This document shows, piece after piece, positions 9,178 to 18,276 of a stretch of DNA of 64,000 nt (the first letter of the stretch is position 1; the number at the start of each line of letters is the position of its first letter). The DNA is taken from positions 117,079 to 181,078 of the forward strand of contig LBVU01000002.1 of the NCBI GenBank assembly GCA_000993205.1, written 5' to 3'. The notes beneath the pieces were generated by a model. The model was not told the origin of the DNA and searched no databases. It worked only from the letters and a program-made list of their open reading frames with translations. The position numbers and the translations under genes were made by a program. The DNA comes from Candidatus Woesebacteria bacterium GW2011_GWB1_39_10. GTDB taxonomy: Bacteria; Patescibacteriota; Microgenomatia; UBA8517.

Positions 9178-10856
9178 TGAAATACATGAAGTTCGTCTTC
9201 GTGTCTGGTGGAGTTTTATCGGGCCTTGGAAAAGGGATTACTGCTTCAGCCCTTGCTCTTCTTCTCAAATCGCGCGGAATAAAAGTAACGCTAATGAAAT
9301 GTGATATGTATTTAAATATCGACGCAGGCACCATGAACCCCATGGAACACGGTGAAGTTTTTGTAACACACGACGGCCTGGAAACCGATCAAGACTTGGG
9401 ACATTACGAACGTTTTACGGGACTTACCCTTAACAAATCAAATTATCTAACCAACGGACAAATTTACAAAGTTGTTTTAGACAAGGAGCGGGCTCTGGGA
9501 TATGGAGGAATTTGTGTACAACCATATCACCACATTCCTCCCGAAATTATAAAAAGATGGAAAGAGGCTGGTGAAAAAAATAAAGCAGATGTTGTAATCG
9601 TTGAATTCGGCGGAACTGTTGGAGAATATGAAGGCCTCCTTTTTTATGAAGCATACCGGAGACTAAAGATGGAAAATCCGTCAGGTGTTTGTTTAATTCA
9701 TGTTGGTTACTTACCCGCACCGAATCACATTGGTGAACTTAAAAGCAAGCCCATGCAACAATCTATTATCAACCTTAATTCTCTTGGCGTTCAACCAGAC
9801 TTTATTGTTGGTCGAGCGGAAAATAACATTGACCTTAAAAGAAAAGAGAAAATTGCCTTTATCGCGGGACTTCCAATAGAAAACATTATTAGCAACCCCA
9901 ACTTATCATCTGTTTATCTACTTCCGGACAAACTTGAAAAAGAAAAATTGGCAGAAAAAGTAATTAAAAAACTACGTCTTGGAACCGGTAAATTAAATTT
10001 GAGCAAATGGCATGCCTTGATCAAAAAGATAGAAAAGGCCAATAAGGAAACCAATATCGCCATCGTTGGTAAGTATCAAAAAACCGGCGATTATATTCTG
10101 GAAGATACATATGTCAGCGTTATCGAAGCCCTAAAACACGCAGGATTTGAACTAGGAATTAAGCCAAAAATCACATGGATAGATTCCGAAGATTTTGATT
10201 ATAAGGAATTAAAAAATTTTGATGGGATTATTGTTCCTCAGGGTTGGGGCAAGCGCGGTGTTGAAGGGAAAATTAAAGCGGTTAAATTCGCCCGAGTTAA
10301 TAAAATTCCGTATTTGGGGCTTTGTTTTGGAATGCAAATGGCAGTTATAGAATTTGCAAGGACAGTCCTTGCAATGAAGGACGCAAATACAACTGAGGCA
10401 GATCCAAAAACAAATTGCCCGGTGATTCATGTAATGAACAATCAAAAAGAGTATCTGCTAAATAAACAATACGGTGGAACAATACGTCTTGGGGCCTGGC
10501 CGTGCAAATTAACCGGAGGGACAATTTTAGAAAAAGCCTACAAAAAATACGGAATGGACAAAGACGCCCCTTGGTTTGTGTCAAATACAAAGCACGAAGC
10601 ACGAAGCACGAAGACGGACATCGTTGTCTACGAAAGACATCGTCATAGATATGAGTTTAATAATAAATTCAAAGAAGAGTTTGAAAAAAATGGTTTTATA
10701 ATATCGGGGACTTCACCGGATGGAACATTGGTAGAAGCGATTGAGTTAGAAAACCATCCATTCTTTGTCGGTACGCAGTTTCATCCTGAATATATTAGTC
10801 GTCCGCTCTCCCCCCACCCAATATTTTTAGCGTTTGTTAAAGCATGTAAAAAATAA
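9177..10856 (+). CDS. pyrG: CTP synthase
   Basis: MKFVFVSGGVLSGLGKGITASAL N-terminus and C-terminal GATase domain (GLCFGMQ); contains in-frame KHEARSTK repeat insertion. Confidence 0.93.
   Translation: MKYMKFVFVSGGVLSGLGKGITASALALLLKSRGIKVTLMKCDMYLNIDAGTMNPMEHGEVFVTHDGLETDQDLGHYERFTGLTLNKSNYLTNGQIYKVVLDKERALGYGGICVQPYHHIPPEIIKRWKEAGEKNKADVVIVEFGGTVGEYEGLLFYEAYRRLKMENPSGVCLIHVGYLPAPNHIGELKSKPMQQSIINLNSLGVQPDFIVGRAENNIDLKRKEKIAFIAGLPIENIISNPNLSSVYLLPDKLEKEKLAEKVIKKLRLGTGKLNLSKWHALIKKIEKANKETNIAIVGKYQKTGDYILEDTYVSVIEALKHAGFELGIKPKITWIDSEDFDYKELKNFDGIIVPQGWGKRGVEGKIKAVKFARVNKIPYLGLCFGMQMAVIEFARTVLAMKDANTTEADPKTNCPVIHVMNNQKEYLLNKQYGGTIRLGAWPCKLTGGTILEKAYKKYGMDKDAPWFVSNTKHEARSTKTDIVVYERHRHRYEFNNKFKEEFEKNGFIISGTSPDGTLVEAIELENHPFFVGTQFHPEYISRPLSPHPIFLAFVKACKK
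10591..10613. repeat. Tandem heptamer (AGCACGA)x3 in frame inside pyrG
   Basis: agcacgaagcacgaagcacgaag read directly; encodes KHEARSTK. Confidence 0.75.
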
Positions 10857-10942
10857 ATTGTGGATACTAAAAGAATATTCCGAACCACAAGAAATGCCTG
10901 AAAAATCGCCAATCCTTTGACCAAGAGTTTGGTCACGAACTG

Positions 10943-11821
10943 CTAAGTCCGCGAAGAAATAACTGTTTCTAAAGCCGGAGCAATATCAATGATTTCGAAT
11001 TTCTTGGGCAAATGGGACGGTGGCTTTACCGAGTTAGAAGTTATTACTTTTTTAATCAATTTACTTTTCTCCAACTTTTTCCAACCACCTCCGCTGTAGT
11101 CCATGTGTACTGAAGCGACATAAATATTTTTTGCTCCGTTTTCTTTAAGAGTCGCTGTCGCCGTGATAGTTGTACCTCCGGATTGAACCATATCGTCCAC
11201 CAACACGACATTTTTATCCTTGACATCGCCCAGAACTTCCAAAATTTTAACACTTGTGGGAGATATTCGATTTTTTCTAATCCTCACGATTTTTTTCTGT
11301 CCTAGATATTTGGCAAATTCCATCGCTCTATTTACTCCCCCCTCGTCGGGGGAAACGATTGAAAGATTTTTTAAATATTTGAATCTTTCTGCCAACTCTT
11401 TTATTAAACTTATATGCCGTAGTGGTACTTTGAAAAATTTTACGATTCTTTTACTATGAAGGTCTACGGCAATTATTTTGAGTTTCATTCCCCCTATAGA
11501 TTCAATCAAATTCACCAAAACTCTGGAACTCACGGATTGTCCCGGTACTTTCTCCATATCGCTTTTACTATAGCCAAGATATGGAATCACAACAGTAATA
11601 CTTTTTGCTCCGTGATGAAAAACGGTATCGATTGATAGCAAGAGCTCAACTAAATTCTCCGCCGGTGGCTCAGTGGAACCGATAACAACTACGTTCTTAT
11701 TTTTAACATCTTCATTTAACACAACTGATACTTCTCTGTCCGGAAACCTCCCTATAATCAGGTCTCCGTTATCAAGTCCTAAATGTTTAGCGTTACTCGT
11801 TGCCAAAATTATATTTTTCAC
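10943..11821 (-). CDS. prs: ribose-phosphate pyrophosphokinase
   Basis: VLVDDMVQSGGTTITATATL PRPP-binding motif. Confidence 0.85.
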   Translation of the reverse strand: MKNIILATSNAKHLGLDNGDLIIGRFPDREVSVVLNEDVKNKNVVVIGSTEPPAENLVELLLSIDTVFHHGAKSITVVIPYLGYSKSDMEKVPGQSVSSRVLVNLIESIGGMKLKIIAVDLHSKRIVKFFKVPLRHISLIKELAERFKYLKNLSIVSPDEGGVNRAMEFAKYLGQKKIVRIRKNRISPTSVKILEVLGDVKDKNVVLVDDMVQSGGTTITATATLKENGAKNIYVASVHMDYSGGGWKKLEKSKLIKKVITSNSVKPPSHLPKKFEIIDIAPALETVISSRT

Positions 11822-11892
11822 GACTAAAATTATATATCAAATTATGAAGCTGTGTTTTTCGGCATTGATTTAATATAAATTTTTAGCGAAAA

Positions 11893-12225
11893 TTGGACAT
11901 GACAAAATACAAGGAATACTTTAACCGAATGGTTGAAGAAAATAAGGAGGCCTTTGATAAATTTACGCAAAAACACTTTGAATATTCTACGGATGAGGAT
12001 AAATTTCAGACAGAATTCAATAAAGCAGGGGAAGAAATATTAAAGATTATTCACGAATGGGAAGACAGACTTTGTAAAACTTCAGAGAAAGCCGGTTTTA
12101 GCACCTACACAGGTAATCTTGCAGAAAAGTTTCAGGAAGAAGTGCGCGGCCATTTTCCCCTGATTGATCACGTAGGAATCATCGTTAAGCCCGCATTTTC
12201 CCTTAAAAAAATAGTACCCAGATGA
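11893..12225 (+). CDS. hypothetical protein (110 aa)
   Basis: ORF only. Confidence 0.4.
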   Translation: MDMTKYKEYFNRMVEENKEAFDKFTQKHFEYSTDEDKFQTEFNKAGEEILKIIHEWEDRLCKTSEKAGFSTYTGNLAEKFQEEVRGHFPLIDHVGIIVKPAFSLKKIVPR

Positions 12226-12233
12226 ATCCGGAG

Positions 12234-13490
12234 CTATAAAGCTAGTAGTATTGAAGCAATTATCACCAATATCCCCACTCCGCCCGCAACAACTGTCGGC
12301 CAATCCGTACCCGTAACAGGAATTGGCCTGGGTGTTGAACTGGTTCCCGCTGAGGAGCCACTTGCAGTCCCTGTCGCGGTTGGTGTCGCAGTGGCAGTGG
12401 CGGTTGCTGTGGGAGTAGCCGTTGCTGTGGGAGTAGCTGTCGCGGTTGGTGTCGCAGTGGCAGTGGCGGTTGCTGTGGGAGTAGCCGTTGCTGTGGGAGT
12501 AGAAAGACATGTAATCGAAAAATTATCAAATTTTGCAGTAGTTGCTGGAAGTGGGTTGCCAGTTACCGGCATAGCAGCAAGACTGATAATCAAATCATCA
12601 GTTAGCGTGGTTGTAAAAACAATTAATTCTGTGAAAGTTGACGAGTTGGATAGTTTGTATGAAGTTGTAATTTTACCAGACTTTCTTTCGACCTTAAAGC
12701 TGACACTGTCAGTTCCATTAATTACCACAGATTTGTTTTGGTTGCCTGGAACAAAATTAACAGCCACATTATGCGCTTCTTGTTTAATATTTCTTCCAAC
12801 TGTAACTATTTTTGAACCATCTGGACTCACCAAAATAAGTGTTCCAGTAACCGCTCCTGTCCCCGTCTTAGTAAGAGCAGGCGCATCAAAAGTAATCACA
12901 AAATCTCCTGTTAAATATTTGGTACTGGTTATTTTAGATCCAGTTTGTTGCCCAGAAGTTACATCGAGAACCAACTGACCAGAAGACACTTTTGCATCCC
13001 CGACCTTACTCCATTTAGCAGAATCAATTGTGCTATCAAAACTATCAGAAAAGTTGTCTGAACAAGTCATACTTCCAGTTGGCCCCGGAGTTGGGGTCGC
13101 GGCAGCGCACTCAGTCATATCTTTGGTCCAAGCTCCGTTAAGTGACGGGCAGCAATATTGACTCCCTCCACATGATCCTATCCTACCGACTCGGTTACAA
13201 AGCTGTTCGTCCGGAGATCCATCGGCCTGGGCAGGGGTACAATTTCTTAAATGCGAAGGCGCCCCCGTGACAGGACACTGCTCGGCAGTAGGACAAGTTG
13301 TAGTCTGGGCCTTCTCTTGAATATTCTGTCTTTGACGCACAAGAAGTACTCCAGCAACAACACTAAGGATTAAAAAAACAACAATTAAAAAAGTCACTAT
13401 GATCCCCTTTTTTCCAAAACTCTTCTTCTTTGTTGAGGTTACTATTTCAAACGGAGAGGTTGTTTGCTTGTTAAGATTTTGGTCAGGCAT
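12234..13490 (-). CDS. cell-surface protein: N-terminal signal anchor, Cys-rich module, jelly-roll (LamG/ConA-like) segment, Pro-Thr-Ala repeat linker, C-terminal IPVTG plus hydrophobic anchor
   Basis: N-terminal TM IIVTFLIVVFLILSVVAGVLLV; (PTATAT)n repeats; C-terminus PIPVTGTDWPTVVAGGVGILVIIASILLAL resembles an LPXTG-type sorting signal. Confidence 0.6.
   Translation of the reverse strand: MPDQNLNKQTTSPFEIVTSTKKKSFGKKGIIVTFLIVVFLILSVVAGVLLVRQRQNIQEKAQTTTCPTAEQCPVTGAPSHLRNCTPAQADGSPDEQLCNRVGRIGSCGGSQYCCPSLNGAWTKDMTECAAATPTPGPTGSMTCSDNFSDSFDSTIDSAKWSKVGDAKVSSGQLVLDVTSGQQTGSKITSTKYLTGDFVITFDAPALTKTGTGAVTGTLILVSPDGSKIVTVGRNIKQEAHNVAVNFVPGNQNKSVVINGTDSVSFKVERKSGKITTSYKLSNSSTFTELIVFTTTLTDDLIISLAAMPVTGNPLPATTAKFDNFSITCLSTPTATATPTATATATATPTATATPTATATPTATATATATPTATGTASGSSAGTSSTPRPIPVTGTDWPTVVAGGVGILVIIASILLAL
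12340..12510. repeat. DNA-level tandem repeat (about 66-bp unit x2 plus partials) encoding the PT/AT-rich linker
   Basis: gttgctgtgggagtagccgttgctgtgggagtagctgtcgcggttggtgtcgcagtggcagtggcg repeated. Confidence 0.7.
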
Positions 13491-13542
13491 ATCTACAAAT
13501 CATAATACAATGTATACCAATAGCTAGTCAATCGCGTTTTTA

Positions 13543-14928
13543 CTATTCGATCGGAGAATCGTTGACACCAAATCCCGCGTCTTCAATCTGCTTTCTGATT
13601 TCGTCAGCCTCCTCAAACTTTTTCTCTTTTCTTAGTCTCTCCCTTTCAGTCATTAGAATTTTGATATTGTTTGGAATTTCGGATTTAGAATTTCGGATTT
13701 GGCCTAAATTTAGGCCTAATACTTCATCAAAACTAATTGCAAGATCGTATTTATCCTCCGATGGAATGTTACTTTTTAGCACCTCCCACAAAACAGCCAA
13801 TGCCTGAGAAACATTGATGTCATCCGAAAGAGCCATTACAAAATCGTTTCTAAAAGATTCAATTTTTGTTTCCTTGTCCTGAGAAAGAACCGTACGATTT
13901 GTTTGGGATTTAAGATTAGATATCTGAGACCTGAGATTATCAAGCGCATTCTGTGCCGATTTCAGAGATTTCCAAGAAAAGTTAATGCCTTTTTTGTAAT
14001 GAGATGTCAATATAAGATATCTCATGGCCAGTGAATCAAACTCTTTCGCTACAAGTTCCTGAGCAGTAACAAAATTTCCAAGACTTTTACTCATTTTTTC
14101 TCCACCCTTACCCATCAACCAACCATTATGGAGCCAATAATTTGCTGTTTGTTTGCCGAATGCCGCAAACCCCTGAGCAATCTCGTTAGTATGGTGAACC
14201 GCGATGTGTTCAATTCCACCGGTATGGATATCAAAATTATTACCTAAATATTTTGTGGACATTGCAGTACACTCTATATGCCAACCGGGATAACCTTCGC
14301 CCCAAGGACTCGGCCATTTCATAATGTGTTTTGGATTAATTACCCAAAGAAAAAAGTCCCAGGGAAGTTTTTTATCGGGGTCGACCTCTACGTCATTTCT
14401 GGTTTTAGTTTTTTCTAAATTTAGATTCCCAAATTTTGCATAATCAGGAAATTTAGACGTGTCGTAAATTAAACCTTTTTTAGTAGTATAGGAGAATCCA
14501 TTTTTTTCTATTGCCTGGTTTAGTTTTATTTGTTCCGAAATATTTTCAGTGGCCCGGCATAAAACATCCGGTGGACTTATTCCCAAAAGTTTCATACTGT
14601 CTTTAAATTGATTTATATATTTATCGGCAATTTCCCAAACAGTTAATCCTTCTCGTTTTGCGCCTTTTTCCATTTTATCTTCACCAAAATCTTCGTCCGA
14701 TGTCATATGTCCCACATCTGTAACGTTCATTACCCATTTAACATCATTTCCAGCAAAACGAAGGAATCGGACCAATATGTCCCATTGAACGTATGCATAC
14801 ATATGTCCTATATGCTGGTTCCAATATACAGTTGGACCACAGGAATAAATGCCTACCACACCGGGAACATTGGGTATAAACTTTTCTTTTTTGCGGGTTA
14901 GAGAATTTGTAAGGAAAATATCAGCCAC
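13543..14928 (-). CDS. cysS: cysteine--tRNA ligase
   Basis: HIGH-type motif GHMYAYVQWD region and KMSKSLGN motif. Confidence 0.92.
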   Translation of the reverse strand: MADIFLTNSLTRKKEKFIPNVPGVVGIYSCGPTVYWNQHIGHMYAYVQWDILVRFLRFAGNDVKWVMNVTDVGHMTSDEDFGEDKMEKGAKREGLTVWEIADKYINQFKDSMKLLGISPPDVLCRATENISEQIKLNQAIEKNGFSYTTKKGLIYDTSKFPDYAKFGNLNLEKTKTRNDVEVDPDKKLPWDFFLWVINPKHIMKWPSPWGEGYPGWHIECTAMSTKYLGNNFDIHTGGIEHIAVHHTNEIAQGFAAFGKQTANYWLHNGWLMGKGGEKMSKSLGNFVTAQELVAKEFDSLAMRYLILTSHYKKGINFSWKSLKSAQNALDNLRSQISNLKSQTNRTVLSQDKETKIESFRNDFVMALSDDINVSQALAVLWEVLKSNIPSEDKYDLAISFDEVLGLNLGQIRNSKSEIPNNIKILMTERERLRKEKKFEEADEIRKQIEDAGFGVNDSPIE

Positions 14929-14933
14929 GAGCT

Positions 14934-14965
14934 AATTGTAAATTGTAAATTGTAAATTGTAAATT
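14934..14965. repeat. Intergenic tandem octamer (AATTGTAA)x4
   Basis: aattgtaaattgtaaattgtaaattgtaaatt; reverse-complement copy caatttacaatttacaatttacaa at 39589-39612. Confidence 0.8.
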
Positions 14966-15512
14966 AGCCAGAAGGAGGAACTGGTTTTTCTACTCTTGTT
15001 TGCTGTTTTTCTGCCTCCTGTTTTTGTCCCCCCTGTTTTCTTCCCTTTTTGGCAGTACCAAACAACGAGCCACCACCTTGCGACTCAGCAAACTCATGTT
15101 GTTTCTTTTGGAATGCCACCGCTTCCATTTGGGCTTTGAGTACTTGTTTTTGTTCCATTGAAAGCTCCGAATAATCCTCCAGTGGAATTATTTCTCCATC
15201 AGTAATTCTGGCTTGAAGATCTTTAAAAATATCCTGTTTGTGAATATCCCCAAGCTCACGTTCCAAGGCTTCTATTAACCTGCTGCTTTTCATTTTATCT
15301 TGAATTTCCTGCTGGTGATGAATAAGTTTTGTTTGTTCTTCTTGGGTTTGGGGTTGTGATTGAAATTCTCCGGAAGATCGTTTTTCCTCTCCGGTTACCT
15401 GAGAACTTGCGGTTTTTAGAACCTCCAGTGGCTCCCGAGCCATTTGCTTGGCAATCTGTTGGGCCAGATTTTTTGCAGATTTAGTTGTGTCTTGGGCAAG
15501 TCCTGTTTTCAT
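14964..15512 (-). CDS. hypothetical Gln/Glu/Lys-rich protein (182 aa), probably coiled-coil or disordered; co-oriented immediately downstream of the 906-aa ORF
   Basis: ORF with 6-bp gap to upstream gene. Confidence 0.45.
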   Translation of the reverse strand: MKTGLAQDTTKSAKNLAQQIAKQMAREPLEVLKTASSQVTGEEKRSSGEFQSQPQTQEEQTKLIHHQQEIQDKMKSSRLIEALERELGDIHKQDIFKDLQARITDGEIIPLEDYSELSMEQKQVLKAQMEAVAFQKKQHEFAESQGGGSLFGTAKKGRKQGGQKQEAEKQQTRVEKPVPPSG

Positions 15513-15518
15513 ATATCT

Positions 15519-18239
15519 CTAGTTTTTAAGGGCAAATTCCGCCTTTAATCCCAGTCTACTATATAGTTTTGTTAACTCCACCACATCGTTAGGGTTTAGA
15601 GTCATTAAGTAATCAAAAAATCCTACACCAAATTTACCGTCTATCACCTTTTTCGCCTCATCTTCAGCTTTCTGGTCGCCAATCCTAGCTAACATCAAGT
15701 TGTCATATAGGCCATGTTTTTTTGTGCCCGTTTTCTCAATTAGCATTCTTAAAGGTAAACCGGCGGCATTGAGATATGACATAGGTGAATCTGCTTGACC
15801 GATAAATCGCTCCTTATACAGAAAATTATAATACGTAATTGACGAAAGCGCTTCTTCCAGAAATCTGCCCCTAACTTTTACATCAGGATTATCATAATCA
15901 AAACTATTTTGGAAAGCACGAACAAATCTCTTTTCTCCATTAAATTCAATAAAATGCCTGCCAGTACTATGGAATAACTCCTCAAACAACCTGTCTAAGT
16001 CATCTAATACGAATTTCTGGTCATTTTTCAAGATTGCAAAAGCAATATTTGTATTAGCCCTGTATAACCCTTTCGGTTCGTATTCTGGGTCCAACTCACC
16101 AATCCGAACACCCGCTCTAAAAAATCTATCCGCATCTGCTTCAGATACTATATAAAGTTCACAGCCTTTATAATCTACGCCTAACGGCACATTTTGCTCA
16201 AGAAAATCTTGAGCTTGTTTTTTAATTATTTCCACTCCTGGCATGGCTTCGTCGAAGGCCTCATAAAACGCTTTTGTCCTGTCAATCAAAAAAACTTCGT
16301 GCTCATCTTTTTTCACCGGATCTTCAACAAAATCAGGATAGCTCTCGGGCCTGGGAAGTAAAACTTGAATGGCATCTAAGTCTTCTGGCTTTAGTTTTTT
16401 TTCAAATGATTTTACTGAATCGTAGCCAACAAATTTACTAACTTTCCCCATAATTTGCTTTACCAATCTTCCGGCCAGCCAATCAAGCGTTTCTTTCTCG
16501 CCAAGGTCCCCGCCATCCATGTCAAACTCACTCCCCCCAGGTGCCATACTTTTTACTTTTTCTACAAACTCAAGTGGATTATCCTTATCATGCATCGCAG
16601 CGTAATAAGGTGAATCTACCTGGTCAGCCAGTTCAAGCATTCTTTTTAGAAGATTATCCTTCTTTTCGATGTTTTCAATCTTTAAAAGTTTTCTTGCCAA
16701 AACAAGCCAGTAAATTCCCACATCCATTTTTAAGGACCCCCTGGGAATTACAAGGGTGTCAACTTTCCCAGAAATTAAGGACATATACATCCTAGAAAGC
16801 GCCCTCGGCGTGGGAAACCTAGTTTCACGCACGTAGAAAAAATCCACAGGCCCTGCACCCTCAAGTAAATAATTTGCCCCAATATTTATTACATGTGTTC
16901 CGAAAATGTTTCTTACAGGGTCCGCTGAAACTTGGGACGATTCCTGAAGGTAGCTGGCAAGCGCGTTTAAAGAAATTACTAAACCGTCTTTGGTAAAAAG
17001 AACTTCGTTCAAGGTTTGGTCTCTATCCCCCAGATAAAGTGTATAACCTGTCGGGCCTGTTGAGTTAATTCTTTCGACGTCTTTCGGATCAACTCCGTAT
17101 TTATCTTTTAAAACATTCAGCTCAAATTCATGGTCTATTTTGCCAAAAGTTACAAGATCTAAGTCAGATAGGGGGAGTTCGGCATCTGCTGACAGATTAA
17201 AAAGTATCTTTGCGACAACCCTTGCAAGTCCGCCCTTAATTGCCACTTCGCCATTTACATTTCTTTCTGGCAATGGGTATTCAAAAGTTCCCATTTTGGA
17301 ATGTATAGTTAATTTTTTGTCACTTAAAAAGATTGTGGTAGAACCTGATTGAGCTCCCTGGAACTCTGTTATTGGAATTAATATACCTTCATGGTTTGCT
17401 TCTTTTTGAGGCCCAACTAAAATATCTGATTGAAAATGCATAATATTCAAAACAAAGTCATAGTTAATCAAACTTTCGACTGCTAATTCCGACCTGTCAG
17501 CCGTAGCCAAACGATATTCTAGATATTCTATAAGCGGACTTATATACTTCTGGCAAAAAATCTTCTTAGGATCATTTGCTTCGTCTCCTTCGATAGCGTA
17601 GACACCGTTTCGAACTGCAACCAATCCTTTCAACATGGTTTTTGGATAATCTGCTACAGATTCGACTCCATGTAGACCAGCCAGAAACTTCTCTGTTAAA
17701 GCAGTTTCGTAATAGGTTTTAATTTTTTCTCGCTCACTTTCGCTTAACCCTTTAAAAACTGTTTCATCTAACTGATTCGGAACCTTTGGCTTTTTATCTA
17801 GTTCTGACAATGCATAACTTAAATCAGTCTTTTCAGCAATGGATGCAATTCCCCGAACGGCATCTACTTTGTTTTCAAAAGTTAGATAACGATCACCGCC
17901 TTCTTCATTTTTTTCAAATCCGTAAACGGCATATGGGCCAAAAAATCTAGCAATCTCAAGCTTTACACCTTTTCGTTCCATCGAGGCTACAACATCTTCA
18001 GACAACGGGCCGTCGCTTATTAAACAAGGCTCGTAAACCAAATGGGAAAGTTTTTGTAAAACCTGTGGAGTTAATTCTAAAGGTGGCAATAGCTCCTCCC
18101 CAGTATCAATATTTAATGACTCGCTATCTACTAAGCTAAAAAGTCTTGGATCTGGTTCTTGCACTAAAACAAGTAACGGCTTCGTTAATCCATGAAGTTC
18201 TTCTTGAGATATTTGTTGTTCAGTAAATTGTTCCCCCAT
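15519..18239 (-). CDS. large hypothetical protein (906 aa); possible nucleotidyltransferase-fold segment
   Basis: Uninterrupted 2.7-kb ORF; segment IKGGLARVVAKILFNLSADAELPLSDLDLVTF resembles the GlnE/GlnD/Pol-beta NTase signature G[GS]...SD[IL]D[LI] but with a long spacer. Confidence 0.55.
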   Translation of the reverse strand: MGEQFTEQQISQEELHGLTKPLLVLVQEPDPRLFSLVDSESLNIDTGEELLPPLELTPQVLQKLSHLVYEPCLISDGPLSEDVVASMERKGVKLEIARFFGPYAVYGFEKNEEGGDRYLTFENKVDAVRGIASIAEKTDLSYALSELDKKPKVPNQLDETVFKGLSESEREKIKTYYETALTEKFLAGLHGVESVADYPKTMLKGLVAVRNGVYAIEGDEANDPKKIFCQKYISPLIEYLEYRLATADRSELAVESLINYDFVLNIMHFQSDILVGPQKEANHEGILIPITEFQGAQSGSTTIFLSDKKLTIHSKMGTFEYPLPERNVNGEVAIKGGLARVVAKILFNLSADAELPLSDLDLVTFGKIDHEFELNVLKDKYGVDPKDVERINSTGPTGYTLYLGDRDQTLNEVLFTKDGLVISLNALASYLQESSQVSADPVRNIFGTHVINIGANYLLEGAGPVDFFYVRETRFPTPRALSRMYMSLISGKVDTLVIPRGSLKMDVGIYWLVLARKLLKIENIEKKDNLLKRMLELADQVDSPYYAAMHDKDNPLEFVEKVKSMAPGGSEFDMDGGDLGEKETLDWLAGRLVKQIMGKVSKFVGYDSVKSFEKKLKPEDLDAIQVLLPRPESYPDFVEDPVKKDEHEVFLIDRTKAFYEAFDEAMPGVEIIKKQAQDFLEQNVPLGVDYKGCELYIVSEADADRFFRAGVRIGELDPEYEPKGLYRANTNIAFAILKNDQKFVLDDLDRLFEELFHSTGRHFIEFNGEKRFVRAFQNSFDYDNPDVKVRGRFLEEALSSITYYNFLYKERFIGQADSPMSYLNAAGLPLRMLIEKTGTKKHGLYDNLMLARIGDQKAEDEAKKVIDGKFGVGFFDYLMTLNPNDVVELTKLYSRLGLKAEFALKN

Positions 18240-18276
18240 ATTTGTGGATACGTGACAGGGTCCGACCCTGTCAATG

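Noticed and set aside
12391-12978. Plus-strand ORF with poly-(VA) translation
   Set aside because: Antisense reading of the PT/AT-repeat region of the surface-protein gene; repeat-induced open frame.
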